This document shows positions 16,500 through 29,691 of a DNA stretch of 64,000 bases, piece by piece. Source of the stretch: the human T2T-CHM13v2.0 reference genome, Homo sapiens; the NCBI RefSeq assembly GCF_009914755.1, contig NC_060933.1; one strand, written 5' to 3'. The first letter of the stretch is position 1. Every line of letters starts with the position of its first letter. The notes under the pieces were generated by a model. The model saw nothing but the letters and a program-made list of their open reading frames with translations, ran no database searches and had not been told where the DNA came from. The translations under genes and the position numbers were made by a program.

Positions 16500-17090
16500 G
16501 ATAAAACAAAAATTGGAGTGAAATCCACCGAACATAAAATTAACTAATTTAAAGTGAGCAATTCATTGGCATTTAATCCATTCACAATGTTGTACAATCA
16601 CCACTTCTACTTAGTTCCAAAATATTTTCGTCACCCCAAAGGAAAACTCCTACCTATTAAGCAGTTGCTTTTCATTTTTTCCTCCCCACTGCCTGTGGCA
16701 ACCATCAAGCTGCATTGCCTCTATAGATTTACTTATTCTGGATGTTTCATATAAATGGAATCATACAATATTTGTCCTTTTGTGTCTGGCTTCTTTTGCT
16801 TACATGATGTTTTTGAGGTTCATTCATGTTGTAGCCTGTATCAGTACCTTATTCCCTTTAATGGTTGAATAATATTCCATTGTCTGTATATACCATAACT
16901 TGTCTGTCAATTCATCCATTGATACATATATGGATTGTTTCCACCTTTTGGCTATTGTGAATAATGCTACTATAAACATACCTGTACATGCACTTGTTTG
17001 AGTAGCTCTTTTCAATTCTTCTGGGTATATATGTATAAGTGGAATTGCTGGGTTGTATAGTAATTCTATGTTTAACTTTTTGAGAAACAG
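16500..17090 (-). mobile_element. Old L1 (L1MB-like) 3' fragment
   Basis: 'catataaatggaatcatacaatatttgtccttttgtgtctggcttcttt'; the track shows an ORF2 C-terminal remnant (MFIVALFTIAKRWKQ). Confidence 0.85.
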
Positions 17091-17421
17091 AATTTCTTAT
17101 TTCAAATTTTGGGCAAGTATTTATATCAGTAGTTCTAGTCAGACACTCAGCCGTGCTTGATTTATCTCATGGCTCACTAGGTAAACTTAAGTGAAAAGCA
17201 AGCTTATAAAGAAAAAACAAGATTGTTCCAAACTGAGAACAGAACTATATCTTCCTAATTTTTTTTTTAAATAAGGGGTATTCAACTACAGATTGTGAAA
17301 TGAATGAGATATGTAGTAGAATGTGAACAATAGTACTTTCTTAGACCTGGGCAAGCAGGACCCGTGCCTGAACCCTAGGCTTTGGAGTACTTTCATCAAA
17401 AATTCTAAGGCCCTCTTAGGT

Positions 17422-17708
17422 GCCGGGCACCTGTAATCCCAGCACATTGGGAGCCCGAGGTAGGTGAATCATTTGACGTCAGGAGTTCGAGACCAGCCTG
17501 GCCAACATGGTGAAACCCTGTCTCTACTAAAAACACAAAAAATCAGCCGAGCGTGGTGGTGCATGCCTGTAGTCACTTCTACTTGGGAGGCTGAGGTAGG
17601 AGAATTGCTTTAACCTGGGAGTCAGAGGTTGCAGTGAGTCAAGATTGCATCACTGCAGTCCAGCCTGGGTGACAGAGTGAGACTCAATGTCCAAAAAAAA
17701 AAAAAAAA
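17422..17708 (+). mobile_element. AluS with small 5' deletion
   Basis: gccgggcacctgtaatcccagcac (lacks ggtggctcac)...gtcaggagttcgagaccagcctggccaacatgg...poly(A). Confidence 0.93.
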
Positions 17709-17871
17709 GAGATGGCCCCAGTGCACTGCAGTCCAGCCTGGGTGACAGAGTGAGACTCAATGTCCAAAAAAAAAAAAAAAAAGAGATGGCCCCAGTGCAC
17801 TGCAGTCCAGCCTGGGTGACAGAGTGAGACTCAATGTCCAAAAAAAAAAAAAAAAAGAGATGGCCCCAGTG
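17651..17871 (+). repeat. Three tandem 73-74-bp units of Alu 3' end + A16-17 + unique flank
   Basis: cactgcagtccagcctgggtgacagagtgagactcaatgtcc(A)16-17gagatggccccagtg at 17651-17723, 17724-17797 and 17798-17871. Confidence 0.97.
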
Positions 17872-18764
17872 ACTTCCAGAACTGTGCCTGCGGGTTGTCC
17901 TGGGGTCCTGTAGCTGGGCTGGTTCCAAGAGGGAGGCTTGCTCCACTGCAATATGTTTTGTGGGATCACATGGTATCAGACCACCAGAATAATGCTGACA
18001 CACTAACCTTGGGTAACTTTCATCACATCAGACCCAGATTGAGTTCTGAGGTCTGGGCTTTGATGGTTCACCTTGGGCTTGAGCCATATGTGTGGGCTCG
18101 TGTGTCTTCTCTTGCCTCAATCATGTGTCTTGACCATGGTGCCACTTCTAGTCTACAGCACGATGTGGCAGGGGTCAAGGCGGGGAGAGTTGTCATTTAC
18201 CCTCAGAACCTCCCTCCATTAGCACCCAGAATGGTCACTTCACTCTCTTTCAGTTTGCACACCAATTAGTCTTCCAGGCGTGATGTGCTTATGTCTTCCA
18301 TGGACTTTGGAGACCTTTGTTCTGTGACACCAGTGGGCCCTTCCGATCCATGTCCTCTCTTGCCTCCAATCAAGGTGTTGATATAGTATTGATATATTAC
18401 TCTCTGAGGTTGGCCATAAGCTGTCCTGGACAAGGAATTAACATTCCCTTTGTGAATGGGACTGCTCCTTTTACAGCACCCACAGACCCCGAACTATCCT
18501 TGTTATAGGTGGCAATGTGTGGAACGCAGGTGTGTGGTTACTTACCATGAAGAGTTCACATTCTAAGAATGCAGTGATTTAGAGGGAAGACATAGTTGGA
18601 AGATGTGTTGTTTTATGTTTATTTTATTGAATTTTGAGGGATAAATTTAACATGGTTAGAAAACAAATATTTGTCCATATTTTTCTTTATAACTGTGGGT
18701 AAATTTTACATTTATGGCCTTCACCAATGAAGTGCAATAACAACCTTTAAGATAATCCTTTAGA

Positions 18765-19172
18765 AGCCAGCTTCATAGGCAGTGTGATGGATGATGATGC
18801 ATCATGAGCAATGATATAACCAGGTCTAAATAAATGGCATTAGGGGACTGCAAAGGCAAACACATCTATGTTATTTCAATACAAAGAGATTCTGAGTAGC
18901 TAGGGCATTGAGAAAACGTATATGGCTATTTTTTTCATGGTGAGAAATATGGCATTGATGGGCCTGAACAGAAAGACCTGGTGCCTAGGCACTCTGAAAA
19001 GCCTTCACATGCACTGATTGGACAGTAAGTCAATCTAAATACCTTTCTTTACCCATTATTCTTGATTGGTAATTATTGTAACTCGCATGGACCCATGAAT
19101 TTTGCAATGCATTTTAAAATAAAACATTGTCCAGGGCCCTGCATTCTAGGGATACCTCTGGTGGGTCATGCT
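18765..19172. mobile_element. Possible MER45-like hAT-Tip100 relic
   Basis: Left end 'gccagcttcataggc' and right end 'cagggccctgcatt...gtgggtcatg' loosely resemble MER45 termini; weak support. Confidence 0.3.
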
Positions 19173-19592
19173 GTGAGTTTATATAACTAATGAATGCTTC
19201 CTATGACTGAACACTATAGTTGAGCACATGTTGGAGAGGGTAGCCCTCTCTAAACAGAGATTGATCTTTATATCAGGTTGTAGAAAGAATACTGTGCACA
19301 TAACAAGGAATATCAATAGAGTCTAGGTCATGAAGAATCCTCTGTCATGTTTGTAATTTGGACATTATTTCATATTGAAAGTTAGTTTAGAAAGACTGTT
19401 ATTGAGTAGAGAATCACTGTGAAAGAGCCAAGACTAGACAAAATGATATTATTAATGAAGCCATTGCAACAGTTCTAGAAGATATCATGAGGATAGTGAT
19501 ATAAGGAATAGACATAATAGATGATCTCTACAATGCTATTTACAATAATTTAAAGTGAAAGATATTCAAACTATTCATTAACATAGAACTGA

Positions 19593-19985
<393 letters not shown>

Positions 19986-20399
19986 ATATTATTATATTTC
20001 TTATTAAGGACCTATGCTGAAGTCCTGGAATTAGCTGTCTTTAAACACTTAATTTATATTTTTATAAAAAGAATGCATACATAGTGCTAAAAATAATATA
20101 AAACCCCCAAATACCTCTATTTTATTTTAGACCTTTATTTTATTTCTGTTCCCACTGGTTCCCCTGACCATTGCTGGTCTACGTTCCAGAGACATCCACC
20201 AATAATTATTTAAACTATGTTTTCTGTATTTATCCCCATATTTTCAAATAATATATGTATTTATCTATATTTTTAGTCTTCAGTTTTAGACATCTTTGGC
20301 TTCCTGTAGCAGGTGAGAGTTTTATCTCTTTTTCAACTTTTTAAAATCCACTGATTATTTCATGTAGTTTGGTTAAATCTAGATTCAAGTAAGCCAAGT

Positions 20400-21640
20400 G
20401 ACTATGGTTTCTTTCTACTACAACTCTTTTTTTTTTTTCTGGAGATTAAAATTCTCTCTCTTCTTTCTTCTCACACTCTCTCTTCTTCCATTTGCTTATA
20501 TATTTTTGAACCCATTGATAATTTCCCTCACCTCCATTACCATTGTAAAATGCCTCTTAATTCAATTTCACATAAACTTGTCAGATAAAATTTGTTTCAT
20601 CTTATCGTGTAGATATTTTTTCTCACCTTCCTTGTCCTTTTCTGGACTGGTTACTTGCTTGGTCTAATTCACAACTATTATCTTTGTGTTTCATTTCACC
20701 ATCTTTCTGAAAATTCTCTTTGCTTTTCTTTCCTCACTTGCTTTTCTTTTTCTTGGTGATTCTCTTGTTTTACTGGAGTACATCCTTTTGTAGTTTCCTT
20801 AGTAAAGGTCCAAGGGAAGGAATCGTTTTGAAACTTTGTGCACCTGATGCCTTTTTTCTTCTGCCTTCATACTTAATTGACAGCTTTCTTGGGCACAAAA
20901 TTTTTAGTAAAACCAATTTTCTCTTCAAAATTGCTCCATGGTTTTCTAGCTTTCAGAGCTGCTGCTGAGATATAGAATGTAATGCAGATTCCTGAAACTT
21001 TGTGAACATTTTTCCCTCCCTGTGGAAATTTAGGATTTTCCCTTATTCCTGGTATTCTGAAATTTCAGAATGTATACCTTACCCTGATCTTTTCCATTTA
21101 TTGGTCTGGGCTTTTGGTGGACCATTTTAATCAAATTACACTGGGAAATTTTCTTGTTTTTTTTTTTTTGTCCCCTTCAACTTGGATTATATGGATATGA
21201 TGAATCTCCTGCATTGATGTTCTAATTTTCTTAGTTTTTTTCTATTTTCCTTCTTCCTGTTTTTACTTTCTAGAGGAGTTCCTTGATTTTACTACCATTT
21301 CACTGAAATTTTTATTTTGAAATTTTATTGGTTATTGTATTTTTAATTACTAAATGTCCTTTCCTTGTCTAACTAATCCTTTATGACATAGAATCTTATT
21401 CTTTTTCATGAATCCAATATCTTTTATTTTCCCTCTGATGATAATGTAATTATTTTTAAAGGTTTTTCTCATTTTCTGCATTATTTGTTTTATCCAAATT
21501 CCCTATTTGTTTTTCCCTCTGCCATTCATGTTGGAGACATTGTTCATTTGCTTCTAATGATCTATGGCTGTCCATTCATGTTTAATAGTGATAGCTAAAA
21601 GCTTATTGAAAACCACTGTGCATTGATATTGCTGACTGAT
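20400..21640 (-). mobile_element. Very old L1M/HAL1-like ORF1-region relic, likely continuing beyond 26140
   Basis: T-rich, with motifs 'ttctgccttcatacttaattgacagcttt...gggcacaaaattttt' and 'gctgctgaga...aatgcagattc' typical of degraded L1 ORF1 on the minus strand. Confidence 0.55.
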
Positions 21641-21647
21641 GGGCCTC

Positions 21648-24600
21648 TGTATTAGTCCATTCTTGCACTGCTATAAAGAAATACCCGAGACTGGGTAATT
21701 TATAAATAAAAGAGATTTAATTGGCTCATGGTTTCATGGGCTGTACAAGAAGCATGGCAGCATCTACCTCTGGGAAGACCTCAGGAAACTTACAATCATG
21801 GCAGAAGACAAAGCGGGAACAGTTGTCTTCTATGGCAGGAGAAGGACCAAGAGAGAGTTGGGAGGTGCTGTAGACTTGTAAACAACCAGATCTCATAAGA
21901 ACTCACACTATTGCCATGACAGCACCAGGGAGGGATGTTGTTAAACCGTGAGAAACTGCCCCCATGATCCAATCACCTCCCAGTAGACCCCACCTGCAGC
22001 ATTGGGGGTTACATTTCAACATGAGATTTAGGTGAGGACACATCCAAACCATATCAATCTGCGCTTAGCCCCTCCCAAATCTGATGTTCTTCTCACATTG
22101 CAAAATACAACCGTGCCTTCCCAATAGTCTCCCAAAATCTCAACTCATTCCAGAATTAACTCAAAAGTCCAAAATCTCATCTGACACAAGGCAAGTCCCT
22201 TCCACATATGAGCCTGTAAAATGAAAAACAAGTTAGTTACTTCCAAGTACAGTGGGGGTATAGACATTGGGTAAATACTCCTATTCCAAAAGGGAGAAAT
22301 AAGCCAAGAGAAAGGGGCTACAGGCCCCATGCAAGTCCAAAACCCAGAAGGGCAGTCATTAAACTTTAAAGCTCCAAAATAATCTCCTTTGACCCCATAT
22401 CTCACATCCAGAGCACACTGATGCAAGGGGTGAGCTCCCAAAGCCTTGGGAAGCTCCACCCCTGTGGTTTTTCAGTGTTCAGCCCCTGAGGCTGCTCTCA
22501 TGGGCTGGAATTGAGTGCCTGCAGCTTTCCCGGTACATGGTGCAAGCTGTTGGTGAATCTACCATTCTGGGGACTACAGGATGGTGACCCTCTTCTCATA
22601 GCTCCACTAGGCAGTTCTCCAATGGGGACATGGTATGGGGGATCCAACCCCATATTTCCCCTCTGCATGCCTTAGTAGAGGCTCTTTCTGGGGGTTCTGC
22701 CTCTGCAGCAGGCTTCTGCCTAGACATCTAGGCTTTTCCATACATCCTCTGAAATCTAGATGGAGGCTCCCAAGCCTCAACTCTTTTTAATTTTTTTTTT
22801 TTTAATTTCCTTAGGTTATTGGAAAACAGGTGGTGTTTGGTTACATGAGTATGTTCTTTAGTGGTGATTTGTGAGATTTTGGTGCACTCATCACCAGAGC
22901 AGTATACACTGCACCCAGTTTGTAGTCTTTTATCCCTCACCCCTTCCCCTCCTTTCCCCCTGAGACCCCAAAGTCCATTGTGTCATTCTTATGCCTTGCA
23001 TCCTCATAGCTTAGCTCCCACTTATGAATGAGAACATATGATGTTTGGGTTTCCATTCCTGAGTTACTTAGCTTAGAATAATCGTCTCCAATCTCATCCA
23101 GGTTGCTGTGAATGCCATTAATTCATTCTTTTTTATGGCTGAGTAGTATTCCATTGTATCTATATACCAGTTTTTCTATCCACTCATTGATTGATGGGCA
23201 TTTGGGTTGGTTCCATGATTTTGCAATTGTGAATTGTGTTGCTATAAACATGCATGTGCAAGTATCCATTTTGTATAATGACTTCTTTTCCTCTGTGTAG
23301 ATACCTAGTAGTGAGATGGCTGGATCAAATGGTAGTTCTACTTTTAGTTCTTTAAGGAAACTTCACACTGTTTTCCTTAGTGGTTGTACTAGTTTACATT
23401 CCAATCAGCAGTGTAGAGGTGTTCCCTGATCACCACATCCATGCCAACATCTATTATTTTTTGATTTTTTGATTATGGCCATTCTTGCAGGAGTAAGGTG
23501 GTATCACACTGTGGTTTTGACTTGCATTTCTCTGATCATTAGTTATGTTCAGCATTTTTCATATGTTTGTTGGCCATTTGTATATCTTCTTTTGAGTATT
23601 GTCTATTCATTTCCTTAGCCCATTTTTTGATGGGATTGTTTTTTTTTTTCTTGCTAATTTAAGTTCATTGTAGGTCCTGGATATTAGTCCTTTGTCAGAT
23701 GGATAGATTGTGAAGATTTTCTCCCACTCTGTGGGTTGTCTGTTTACTCTGCTGACTGTTCATTTTGCCATGCAAAAGCTCTTTAGTTTGATTCAGTACT
23801 AGCTATTTATCTTTTTCATTGCATTGCTTTTGGGTTCTTGGTCATAAAATCCTTGCCTAAGCCATGTCTAGAAAGGTTTTTCTGATGTTATCTTCTAGAA
23901 TTTTTATAGTTTCAGGTTTTACATTGAAGTCCTTGATCCATCTTGAGTTGATTTTTGCATAAGGTGAGAGATGAGGATCCAGTTTCATTCTCCTATGTGG
24001 CTAGCCAATTATCCCAGCACCATTTGTTGAATAGGCTGTCCATTCCCTACCTTGAGTTTTTTTTTTTTTTTTTTTGCTTTATCAAAGATAAGCTTGCTTT
24101 GTCAAAGATAAGTTGGCTATAAGTATTTGGGTTTATTTCTGGGTTCTCTATTCTGTTCCTTTGGTCCATCTACCTATTTTTATACCAGTACCATGCTGTT
24201 TTGGTGACTATGGCCTTATAGCATAGTTTGAAATCAGGTAGTGTGATGCCTCCAGATTTGTTCTTTTTGCTTAGTCTTGGTTTGGCTATGTGGGCTCTTT
24301 TTTGGTTCCATATGAATTTTAGGATTTTTTTTTTCTATTTCTGTGAAGAATGATGGTGGGTATTTTGATGGGAATTGCATTGAATGTGTAGATTGCTTTT
24401 GGCAGTATGGTCATTTTCACAATATTTATTCCACCCATCCATGAGCATGGGATGTGTTTCCATTTGTTTGTGTCATCTATGATTTCTTTCAACAGTATTT
24501 TGTAGTTTTCCTTGTAGAGGTCTTTCACCTCCTTGGTTAGGTATATTCTTAAGTATTTTATATTTTTTTGCAGGTATTGTAAAAGCGGTTGAGTTCTTGA

Positions 24601-26135
24601 TTTGATTCTCCACTTGGTCACTGCTGGTGTATAATAGAGCTACTGATTTGTATACATTAGTTTTGTACCTGGAAACTTTGCTGAATTCTTTTATAAGTTC
24701 TAGGGGCTTTTTGGAGGAGTTTTTACAGTTTTCTAGGTATACAATTATATCATCAGCAAACAGCAACAGTTTGACTTCCTCTTTGCTGATTTGGATGCCT
24801 TTTATTTCTTTCTCTCGTCTGATTGCTCTGCCAAGCCTCAACTCTTGCACTCTGTGCACATGCAGCCTTAACACCACATGGAAACTGCCAAGGCTTACAG
24901 TTTGCACCCTCTGAAGCAGTGGTTCAAGCTGTACGTGGGCCTCTTTGAGCCATGGCTGGAGCTAAAGTGGCCAAGACACAGGGAGCAATGTCCTGAGGCT
25001 GTGCAGGATGGCAGGGCCCTGGGCCTGACCCATGAAACCATTCTTCTCTCCTAGGCCTGTGATGGAAGGAGCTGCTGGAAATCTCTCTGAAATGCCTTCA
25101 GGGCCTTTTCCTCATTGTCTTGGATATTAGCACTTGGCTCCCTATGCAAATTTCTGCAACCTGCTTGAATTCCTACCCTGAAAATGGGCTTTTTTTTTTC
25201 AATCACATGGCCAGCCTGCAAATTTTCCAAACTTTTATGCTCTGTTTCTCTTTTAAATATAAGTTCCAGCTTCAGGTCATTTCTTTGCTCATACTTATGG
25301 GCATAGGTTTTTAGAAGCAGCCAGGTCACATCTTGAATACTTTGCTGCTTAGAAATTGTTTCCACCAGATACCCTAAATCATCTCTCTCAAGTTCAAAGT
25401 TCCACAGCTCCCCAGGGCAGGGGCACAGTCCAACCAAGCTCTTTGCTAAAACATAGCAAGAGTGACCTTTACTCCAGTTCCTAGTAAGTTCCTCATTTTC
25501 ATCTGAGACCTCCTCAGCCTGGATTTCGTTGTCCATATCACTATCAACATTTTGGTCACAACTATTTAACAAGTCTCTAGAAAGTTCCAAATTTTCCCTC
25601 ATCCTCCTGTCTTCTTCTGAGCCCTCTACACACTTTCAACCTCTGGCTATTACCCAGTTGCAAAGCTGCTTCCACATTTTCAGGTATCTTTATAGCAATG
25701 CTCCACTCCTTAATAAAAGTTTTTTTGTATTAGTCCATTCTTGCACTGCTATAAAGATCTACATGAGACTGGGTAATTTATAAAGAAAAGAGGTTTAATT
25801 GGCTCAGAATTCTGCAGGCTGTACAGGAAGCATGGCAACATTTGTTTCCTGGGAGGCCTTGGGAAACTTACAATCATGGAGGCAAAGTGGGAGCAAACAT
25901 CTTACATATCAGGAGCAGGACCAGGAGAGAGAATAGGGAGGTGCTATAAACTTTTAAACAACAAGATCTCATGAGAACTCATTATCACTATCACAATGAC
26001 AGCACTGGGGGGATGGTGTTAAGCCATGAGAAACTGCCCCCATGATCCAATTACCTCCCACCAGGCCCACCTCCAGTATTGGGGATTATATTTCAACATG
26101 ATATTTGGGTGGGGACACAGATCCAAACCATATCA
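21648..26135 (-). mobile_element. Two-LTR MaLR provirus (MSTA-like) interrupted by an L1
   Basis: LTRs at 21648-22056 and 25726-26135 (tgtattagtccattcttgcactgctataaag...ccaaaccatatca); 5-bp TSD GCCTC/GCCTT; internal ORF remnant at 25051-25602 (LELSRDLLNSCDQNVDSDMDNE...LWNFELERDDLGYL). Confidence 0.93.
22786..24830 (-). mobile_element. 5'-truncated L1 (L1PB1-like, ~2.05 kb) nested in the MaLR internal region
   Basis: Exact 16-bp TSD CCAAGCCTCAACTCTT at 22770-22785 and 24831-24846; RT remnant [13 protein letters not shown]; L1PB-type 3'UTR. Confidence 0.95.
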
Positions 26136-27471
26136 GCCTTGAAGGAAAACCAAATGATTATCCTGCTTTTTGATTGGAAACCCTTATATATTAATTTCTT
26201 ACTGTCTTTTATTCTGGGGTGGTTCAATTTTACCAGGAAAATGGCAACCAGTCTACTGCTTGAGGTGTAAAGACTGGACTGCTAGAGTTCTGAAACTGCT
26301 CAGGGAAAGAGGGTCTGAGGGTCTCTGTTCAGCACACAAACTTTAAAATTAGCTCCTGGTTTTAGTTCAGCATCTCATTTGTGCCTGGCATCCTCACTTC
26401 TATAGTCTGTTATTTATTTTCCCCCAGAATATGCTGCCCATCACCTTCAGGGATGGAGGCACTTTCACCTGTTAGTGTGGGGGAATGATCTTGGGTCTAA
26501 TTGTTTCTTACACCACTTCTAAATAATTTCTCTTTTTTTTCTAGCCTGCTACCTCATCTGTGCCTGCTGCCTCACTAGGTGTAATTCTTAAGAATTGTTT
26601 GTATTGAGTTGGCTTGTTTCTTGGCTAGACGGGTGTTTCCATTCCATCATTTTTCCATCTTAATATGGTGTGGTTCTGGGTTTTATGTCTTCTGGATTTA
26701 TAAAAATGGAGATTGTACTTCTGTTTCTTATTCACATTGTTGTTTTAGGGGTTAATTTTAGACCATAAAATGGAAATGTTTACTATTCTTAATTGATCTG
26801 AAGTATTCACCTCTCAAGTCATTATTCCTTATAATAAAAGCATGAAGAGAAACTATTAATGTTTGCAAGTGATTTACCTTTACTGGGGATGTTAGCTAGT
26901 GTGTCTCTTCAATTATGAGATGTGTATTTTCAGTTGACAATGAGAGATATGAGATGCCAAAAACCAGTCTGGCTAAAGTAGCTATGGTTATATGAACATA
27001 GAAAATTTATTCCTGATACAGTTCTTAATATAGTGACATAACTTAAATGAACAATTCTACCAGTAACTAAAAATTAAAATGAATTAATCATTTAATGTCT
27101 ATTCAATGCTAGGCTCTAAGACTGCAGAAAATAATGACTGAATTGTACACTGTTAAAAGTAAAACAAATTCTTAACCAGTCAAAGCTATTTCTACCCTCT
27201 TCACAAAAGCAGGGGGAGTGTTTTTTCTTCTGTTCTCATCCAGCTCTCAGGGTAGTTTGTCTGTGCCATTTTCTCCTCTGCAAGTCTGCTCATTGCGACT
27301 ACGCCTCATTGGTCTTGATACAGGTTATCATATTGAAGTGATAGGAATTACAGTTAACTAACTCAGAAATCCAGGAAATACTGCATTTAATTTTTTTTTT
27401 TCTGGAAATCAACTTGATTTCAGCTTGAAGCTCCCAACCTCACAGTATACTCTTGCTCAAACTTACCTCCC

Positions 27472-28012
27472 TGCAGGGTAAATGCACCTGAAAGCAATAA
27501 CTTAAGCATAACCTTAGAATGACCCTGTATGACAGGTGCACCTGAATGTGTGTTCCAAACGAGGGAATCTGGGAGTGGCCAACCTGGAGATTATTACTTG
27601 TCTATGAGGAATAGCTGAGCTACCAGCTGACCCATGGAATGTGGGCCAGACAAGGGATTGAGGCCCTGAATTTTGGGTTAAATGAAGGTTGCCAGGTGGA
27701 GGTTGTTAGGGTGTTAAGTAAATTTCTATATAAGCTGCATGCCTTCCGCAAGTGGTTGCGGCTTTCCTGCCCAGCCCACCATCACTGGGCTGTGCAGTTA
27801 TCATGTCCAGCCCATTGCCACTGGACTGTATGTAAGCTGGCTACCTTGCCAAGCCTGCCACTATGAGACTGTAAGGTGGTTCTCCTGCCTGGCCTGCCAC
27901 CACTGAACTCTCTCCCCTGTAGGTAAGTCCACAATAAAACCCCATGTTTTGCTTGTTGGCTCTGGGCCTCTTCAGCCTCTTGAGCCTGGTGCCATACCCA
28001 TTGGAGTTGATA
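27472..28012 (+). mobile_element. ERVL-class LTR (LTR47-like)
   Basis: tgcagggtaaatgcacctgaaagcaataacttaagc...; TATATAA at ~27727, four ~30-35-bp internal repeats at 27757-27910, AATAAA at ~27933. Confidence 0.7.
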
Positions 28013-28298
28013 GCATGACCCTGAACCCCTTGAAACCACTTGCAAACAGCACCCTCCCTCTAACGACCTCCACCTGGCAACCCTCATTTAACCCAAAACT
28101 CAGGGCCTCATTCCCTTGTATGTCCCATGTTCCATAGGTTAGCCGTTGGATCAGGTTTTCCACATAGGCAAGGAATGAATCTCTGGGTTGGCCACTCCTG
28201 AATTCCCTATCTTGGAACACACATTCAGATGCATCTGCTATAGAGGGTCATTCTACGGGCATGCTTAAGCTACTGCTATCAGGTGTGGTTACCATACA
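28013..28298 (-). mobile_element. Second, internally deleted LTR47-like copy in inverted orientation
   Basis: The reverse complement reads tgtatggtaaccacacctgatagcagtagcttaagc...gaatgaccct...gaatgtgtgttccaa...gttgccaggtggagg, collinear with 27472-27720. Confidence 0.85.
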
Positions 28299-28480
28299 GC
28301 CAGGGAGCAGTCTATATGTCATTTGCTCTCTAGATTTACAGACCTCTTTGTCCTCAACTTTATTTCTCAAATTCTTTCTCTCCCCATAGGGCCTTGGGTG
28401 TTTTGGGAAAAAAAAAAAAAAAAAAAAAAAAAAAGCTGGCAAAGGAATTATATGCAGGCAGCTTCTGAGTTCTGGCCTGC

Positions 28481-28825
28481 TGTAAGGAACATAGCTGTGC
28501 TGCAGCCAAGCAGGCATAGGGCAGCAGGCATAGGCCAAGGTAAACAACCTGGATGACTCAGTGGGTTTGTGGCACAGGCACACAGTCCTGTGTCTTATAT
28601 AGTCATAGCCACGTAGACATAACATAGAGAAGCTCACTACCTGGCTCTCAGCCTCGATTGTTTGTGTAAGGTATAAAAGTAACACTGACCCTGTGAGGGA
28701 GCTGCTGAGTAAAGCCATGTCTCACCTACCTGCTGTTTCTCAAGAGTTCTTCCAGTTCCCTGCCTCATGTCCACCCACTCCCCTTAGTCCTCAGCTGGGG
28801 CTGAAATCTAACCCTGAGCATAACA
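28481..28825 (+). mobile_element. ERVL-class solo LTR (LTR32-like, related to LTR18)
   Basis: TG...CA ends (tgtaaggaac...cataaca); exact 5-bp TSD CCTGC at 28476-28480 and 28826-28830; TATAAAA at ~28672; visibly similar to the LTRs at 34053 and 37597. Confidence 0.85.
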
Positions 28826-29499
28826 CCTGCCTCACACCATCTCTAAAGGATGCATGCCTTGACTTCCACCTTCCTTTTTTTTCATGCTCAGCCAGGAGGA
28901 GGAGACTTCTACCTTCTTAAATAGGAAGGAGGAAAATATATGAAAAACGTAATTAGTATCCCAAAAATATTATTCTTGCCAAATTGTGAGCAGTCAAATC
29001 TACTAGTGTATTTGGAAGGCCATGCATTCAGAGAAGAAAAAAACTTAGAGATCACCAAATCCATGCTTCTCATTTTCTAGTGAAGAATCCCAGGGCTGAA
29101 AGGTCAATGCTCTGATGAATGGCACGTGGACTGTTTTTTTTCTGTGCATTTGGTTACTGTTCCTGTTGACTCTAAACAAATGCTGAGTCAATATCATTAA
29201 GGTTTTTGGACTAAACTCCAAGGACAACTTGAAATTGCTTGAATTTGACCTTCTATCTTGTTAGATAATGTTTGGAACCAAGGCCTTGTTCTATACGGTG
29301 CCTAAAACTGTGGACTTTCAGTGACTATCAATCAAAAACAGAATATTCGTGTTTTCTGATTCTGGGGAAATAAGAAAGGCAAATGGGCATAGATCTGGTT
29401 TTGATGATATGCTTGTCTAACCCTGTGAGTCTGCAACTTATTTGCTATTGAAAACACAGCACACTTCATTATTTATTCATCGCATCAAGTGGATAAAAG

Positions 29500-29690
29500 A
29501 CAGCGCTGGGCTCTTGGACCACCTGACCTTGAATGAGTTGAATTCTAGCTCCACCACTTTAGGAATAGTGTTATGGCAAATCACTCCAAATATTTCAGGT
29601 CTTGAGTACCCTCATGTTTAAAATGAGCTTAATGCTACCATTGTCCACTCATCTTCAAGCATTATTATGAAGATTAATGTGTAATAGTGT
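29500..29690 (+). mobile_element. MIR
   Basis: 'gagttgaattctagctccaccactt...ctcatgtttaaaatgag...ttatgaagattaa'. Confidence 0.65.
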
Positions 29691-29691
29691 C

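Noticed and set aside
17651-17871. Regularly spaced repeats as a CRISPR-like array
   Set aside because: The units are fully identical with no variable spacers, the sequence is Alu-derived, and the DNA is eukaryotic.
25051-25602. 183-aa ORF as a host gene
   Set aside because: It is the MaLR internal ORF remnant; the same sequence appears broken at ~45050-45620.
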